This document shows, piece after piece, positions 61,101 through 64,000 of a DNA stretch of 64,000 nucleotides (within the stretch, counting starts at the first letter, position 1; every line of letters begins with the position of its first letter). This DNA is from an uncultured virus (IMG/VR IMGVR_UViG_3300042549_010585) (taxonomy: Duplodnaviria > Heunggongvirae > Uroviricota > Caudoviricetes). A program made the translations under genes and the position numbers. Under the pieces are notes generated by a model. It ran no database searches. It had not been told where the DNA came from and saw only the letters and a program-made list of their open reading frames with translations. The stretch lies in IMG/VR virus record IMGVR_UViG_3300042549_010585; one strand, 5' to 3'.

Positions 61101-61150
61101 CTTACAGTACAATTGATATTAAGTTGTCTTGGCGAATTGTTAGAAGCCAC
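58103..61150 (-). CDS. putative baseplate hub/tail-tip-like protein
   Basis: C-terminal LKAGY...YFQG...V...TVSCQD pattern typical of hub proteins; GTG start, AAGGAG RBS. Confidence 0.5.
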   Translation of the reverse strand: MASNNSPRQLNINCTVSAVYLPEQGSIFGAYSRGKQQKDPSNTLSATFYEQIERNKYSPNIATLSSGAGGLIPKLNLLIGAPAATFAEGAIVPGKAHPILNLLKGGIYSKFSPETTYTVPQGSDENTLRENTQPISSGTGVSFVYPPGSFPFVPMAKVGPFESLKERSTYNIWTQQNVDQTKLTYLLNTGVVNYKAAGGNSVGTNVTQNGARVTVHAQGKPCILRRIFPIADDFIYDNTDEGKCKLYYPSVNNIINPPEDIKAKGGPNCGFWIHLDITNPSRVVTKDSAETSQLLVYWGYKNELPAKRRITEFVIVFTANQAPSLRYKRPGTQSNTIQSILNNWGRVDLNGPTFGSSNKVDIFVHYAGSNMYIGFDPDISTWNVFEPIKVDQLTEESSDDSIYEPYTPEKSIIEIYFKNIASSFTYSPICFNNFNADYISPANNDARNRIVVNFNVPEKEYLTGSCSPTQLKQGFITKRKPIYTDILGTGESDSPTFYGDWRRRNASDSDYFDTPEFSYEENSVVTDNTVPDNKRSLVTGQINYETTIEGPVFFYFRNFPEAAQRDLITRPIWGNYSDLSSYLASARVSINYKSANRNNSYQEATAELIFANLTNDLIGIQILNAIQENTLVFTLKAGYDSKLNTYFQGIGRDVTVNRTPDGFTVTVSCQDLGDSLLSDIRFNTTSAYPMSNRNFKRMLEDSFYFAGLSKVYEPRPERTDGTYDALYKNFFNKVIGALGLNFPTSLARDILTVDKSKKIKDVVKTLLSLMLYTPGDPFSRDQGLPVFYWNPEKHRYVLSLRSDEPQDSLFFAGDNSDPSGIIKLANSNPDREHGIVEAQGWTETTRISNLHSKVILATKLHDLSIFYKESSSKSINNALSSTSLEKLNKFVRNPSADTDIGSYQSQPVLGYVGYHKEYLDIDETTNFFQNEAIAREQFSFREKFARETFTAIKLNVFVTKPLNTSGTFMVKSFEGGSDNQTGSYIYANVDYTFDIGENIIRASINGERFPDIIGE

Positions 61151-61175
61151 TTTTTATTTACTCCTTCTTTTAACT

Positions 61176-61201
61176 TTTCGAGCCTAATAACCTGAGGCCC
61201 T
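61176..61201 (-). promoter_or_regulatory. candidate AGG-N19-GAAA promoter
   Basis: CCT 61199-61201 and TTTC 61176-61179, 19 nt apart. Confidence 0.55.
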
Positions 61202-61217
61202 TTAACAATACAAGTTA

Positions 61218-61760
61218 TTAATTTTTAGGAGCTAATATCATGATCATAGATTTACCATCAAGAACAGGATGTTTTTCAACTGTTGAAATATCGGAAACTG
61301 ATGCGACCAATCTATTTAAAATATTTTCAGCATATTCAGGATAGGTGATTTCTCTGCCTTTGAATTTAATTAAAACTTTAACTTTATCGCCGTGCTTTAA
61401 AAACTTAATTGCACTATTAAGCTTTACATTGAAATCGTGATCTTCAATCATAATGCCAAGCGTAAGAGTTTTCATGTCAACCTGCTTTGCTGCTGCCTGG
61501 TGTTCTCTTAGCTTTTTAGATAGTTGATATTTATATTTACCATAATCTAAAATTTTACAAACTGGTGGTGTGGCATGTGGTGCGATTTCAATCAAATCCA
61601 AATTCATGCTCTTGGCCATCTCCAAGGCCTTGACAGCCGCTACTATACCCTGCTGTTCGCCATCTTCACCCACTAACCTAACTTCTCTAGCTCTAGGCAA
61701 ATCATTAAAAAATTTAAGGATTTGATCATTGACTCTTGGCAACAAATTATTTTCTGACAT
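61218..61760 (-). CDS. infC: translation initiation factor IF-3
   Basis: RVNDQI, EVRLVG..GEQ.G, LDLIEI.P.A.PPVCKILDYGKYKY, IEDHDF.VKL..A.KFL..GDKVKV..KFKGRE. Confidence 0.97.
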   Translation of the reverse strand: MSENNLLPRVNDQILKFFNDLPRAREVRLVGEDGEQQGIVAAVKALEMAKSMNLDLIEIAPHATPPVCKILDYGKYKYQLSKKLREHQAAAKQVDMKTLTLGIMIEDHDFNVKLNSAIKFLKHGDKVKVLIKFKGREITYPEYAENILNRLVASVSDISTVEKHPVLDGKSMIMILAPKN

Positions 61761-61800
61761 TTATATTCCTTTTAATATAATTATAATAAATTGTACACTA

Positions 61801-64000
61801 TTACGAAACTTTTAATCTTTCTGAAACACTACCTGAGTTAAATAATTTTCTCACCATAATATCAGATTCATTATCATTGGTAATTTTATAATATACAAAC
61901 ATTTCACTATCATGATCTGGGTTTTTACTCACAAAGAAACCTACAGACTGCCTATGAATGTCTACTTCTACAGCACCATCTTGATCCACAGCTAAATATC
62001 CTGAACTTACAAGAGTTTGAAGATATGGGTGTGCAGGATTATCAGAAGCTGTAAAATCTCTGTTTCCAGCAACTAAATAAATATTATTTACCATATATCG
62101 ATCATAAAAATCTTTATATTGTATCTTTGCTACAAATATTTTTCCAGCACACCAAAATGCACAATATGTTAGATCCAAAGGTTTATAATAGCACAATACC
62201 GGGCAATATACAGCAGTTTCATTTGAAGCAGTGCTAGAGAAACCCATGTCAATAACTGCAAATGCAGTTGTTATTTCTTCGGCGCCAGATGTATAAACTT
62301 TGGCTGTAATCTGATTTGGAGTGCCCTCTAAAACATACGCCATAGTCAAAAACCCATTTTTATCTATACTTATGCTAGGCCTTGTTTCAATAACTGTTGC
62401 TCCACTCAAATATTTTGTGTACTCCACATATTCGCCTGTAAAGTCTATAGTGGTAGCAATATCAGTCGGACCATCTACCAAATAATTATAACCTGGAGCC
62501 AATGTGCCATCAATACTTGCATCGTAGGGATTTAACACTCGGAGCATTAAAGCACCTGGGCTTACAATTCCAACTACATAAATATTTTTGTCCAAAGGCC
62601 AGAACCTAACATCTGGTTTGGTAATTTTAAATGTAATTTGTCTAAGTACATTTGCAAAACTATCATCAGTAAGATTATAATTTGGTCCAATCCAGTAATC
62701 TAATGTACCCGCATCTGAATTCAAAGATAAATTTATTTTACTTCCATCAGTATCTTGAGTTTCTGTAGCCAAACCTAATATATCTCCAATTTGGCCTGAT
62801 TCATCTGCGCTTAGGTGAAATAGGATTGGATCTTCACCAGATAATATTTTTCTAGATCCATTAGATTGACCAGCTATTAACCCAGAATACATTGGTGTAT
62901 TCATAGGATCATTTAATTTAATATATCTTATTGGAGTTGAAACATCTGAGCCATCCTCCTGAACGCCATTTGATACAATATGAGTACTTATTTCAAGTTC
63001 ATCTTCGATTGCTTTAACTGTGTCTTCTGTAGCTATCGTAACTGAGTCATCTAATACAGTTCTTATCTTCAGTGCGGCTGGGAATGTAGAATTAAAAGCA
63101 AATCCGCCAATAACACTTACTTCTATTCCCTGTGGTAACTTAACAAACCACGTTGGAGAATATAAAGCGCCCATGATCATAAATTCTTTGCCATTAGCAA
63201 TTAATTGTGCCTTCAGGGTTTCTGCATCTGCGAAGAACCAAAATTGCTGCGAGTCTAAAGAACTACTAGGTACCAAATCTAAATCTTCATAGAATCTAGT
63301 AGATCCTGTAAACCCACCAGCATCAACTATATTTAATTTTGTCAGACCAGATGTGCCAGGCGTTGCCGAAGTAACTGTTAAATAAAAATTTTTAATTCTT
63401 GTGCCAATTGGATTGCCATTTAGTGCAGCTCTAATGTTCGCAAGTTCTGCATCTGTTAAAATTTGATTATTTGATGATCTTGGATATGCAATGATTCTAA
63501 AAATAAGCTGTGTATCAGTACCTGTTATAAAATATGGCTGATTAATTGTTGCAGAATATGATAAATAAGCTAGATTCGCATTAGATGCATGGCTAGGTGT
63601 GAGATAAGGAGATGTAAATACTCTTTCGGTTACTATGCCATATCTATCAACAAAAAATGCCATCAATTTATATGTTGCCGGAATTCTTAAGCTGTCTAAA
63701 TTATAATCAAGTTGAAAACTTACATTCCAAGTGCTTGCATTTACTCTTCCGTCTTGAAATGTAGAACTATTAGTGGAGAACTCTGCATAGTAACTCACTG
63801 ATTTGTCATCAAAAAGTGACCATGATGGATACTCAAGACACAAAAGTGGTTCTGGGGGCGCATAATTACCTGGCCCACTTTCGAGTGACAGTAATCCAAC
63901 ACGAGAGTCTCCTGTTGGATTAATATTAGAATCTATAAGAGTAAACTTATTATTATATGGGATATAACTTGAGCCAATACCTATGACTCCTCCCTCGTAA
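61801..64000 (-). CDS. large putative structural protein, 5' end outside the window
   Basis: frame stays open from 63843 to the window edge (YEGGVIGIGSSYIPY...), so the TTG start in the ORF track is an artefact. Confidence 0.65.
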   Translation of the reverse strand, partial: YEGGVIGIGSSYIPYNNKFTLIDSNINPTGDSRVGLLSLESGPGNYAPPEPLLCLEYPSWSLFDDKSVSYYAEFSTNSSTFQDGRVNASTWNVSFQLDYNLDSLRIPATYKLMAFFVDRYGIVTERVFTSPYLTPSHASNANLAYLSYSATINQPYFITGTDTQLIFRIIAYPRSSNNQILTDAELANIRAALNGNPIGTRIKNFYLTVTSATPGTSGLTKLNIVDAGGFTGSTRFYEDLDLVPSSSLDSQQFWFFADAETLKAQLIANGKEFMIMGALYSPTWFVKLPQGIEVSVIGGFAFNSTFPAALKIRTVLDDSVTIATEDTVKAIEDELEISTHIVSNGVQEDGSDVSTPIRYIKLNDPMNTPMYSGLIAGQSNGSRKILSGEDPILFHLSADESGQIGDILGLATETQDTDGSKINLSLNSDAGTLDYWIGPNYNLTDDSFANVLRQITFKITKPDVRFWPLDKNIYVVGIVSPGALMLRVLNPYDASIDGTLAPGYNYLVDGPTDIATTIDFTGEYVEYTKYLSGATVIETRPSISIDKNGFLTMAYVLEGTPNQITAKVYTSGAEEITTAFAVIDMGFSSTASNETAVYCPVLCYYKPLDLTYCAFWCAGKIFVAKIQYKDFYDRYMVNNIYLVAGNRDFTASDNPAHPYLQTLVSSGYLAVDQDGAVEVDIHRQSVGFFVSKNPDHDSEMFVYYKITNDNESDIMVRKLFNSGSVSERLKVS

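Larger units (their letters stand above)
1..64000. mobile_element. segment of a large tailed bacteriophage genome
   Basis: housekeeping genes out of operon context (infC without rpmI/rplT, clpX without clpP, dnaK without grpE), many ORFans, tube/fibre/hub-like genes, CHAP lysin. Confidence 0.85.

Noticed and set aside
359..63292. Numerous short antisense/alternate-frame ORFs in the track (e.g. 359-733, 15244-15699, 38243-38617, 51505-51912)
   Set aside because: They overlap well-supported genes, lack RBS or motifs, and look like shadow ORFs
1..64000. Stop-codon reassignment (code 15 or 4), as in some large phages
   Set aside because: Genes are full length in code 11, and TAA, TAG (e.g. 12075, 19476) and TGA (e.g. 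8763, 17726) all end genes at sensible positions
1..64000. CRISPR array, tRNA, rRNA or IS elements
   Set aside because: Intergenic gaps are under 300 nt and show no spaced direct repeats or cloverleaf motifs; no transposase ORFs seen by eye
1..64000. Cellular (e.g. CPR) chromosome or eukaryotic giant virus
   Set aside because: Housekeeping genes lack their operon partners, bacterial SD sites and intrinsic terminators are present, and about half the window is tail/fibre-like; not fully excluded because capsid and terminase genes are outside the window

Overview
AT-rich, very densely coded 64-kb segment in the standard genetic code. It is best read as part of a large (jumbo/huge) tailed-phage genome rather than a cellular chromosome. 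Isolated, divergent copies of host-like housekeeping genes (ClpX, RecD2, PIN-PhoH, GyrB/GyrA, RNase HII, DnaK, DnaJ, a second J-protein, SF2 helicase, signal peptidase I, trypsin-like and subtilisin proteases, MerC-like protein, IF3) sit outside their usual operons. They are interleaved with ORFans, two paralogous tail-tube-like genes, a CHAP amidase and a ~34-kb minus-strand block of giant virion/tail-type proteins (up to ~2,170 aa). Main observations from reading the sequence: (1) a repeated bipartite intergenic motif AGG-N19-GWAA (SigH-like) in front of structural/ORFan genes, versus a -10-like CATAAT/TATAAT motif in front of housekeeping-like genes; (2) a shared hydrophobic-K/R-x-A/S N-terminal signature on unrelated proteins, which may be a head-targeting/cleavage signal; (3) a protein domain apparently split across an in-frame TAA between two giant structural genes; (4) a phage proteostasis kit with a re-specified ClpX; (5) an AUG-start IF3. 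No tRNA, rRNA, CRISPR array or IS element was recognised. All family calls come from motif recognition by eye, not from database searches.
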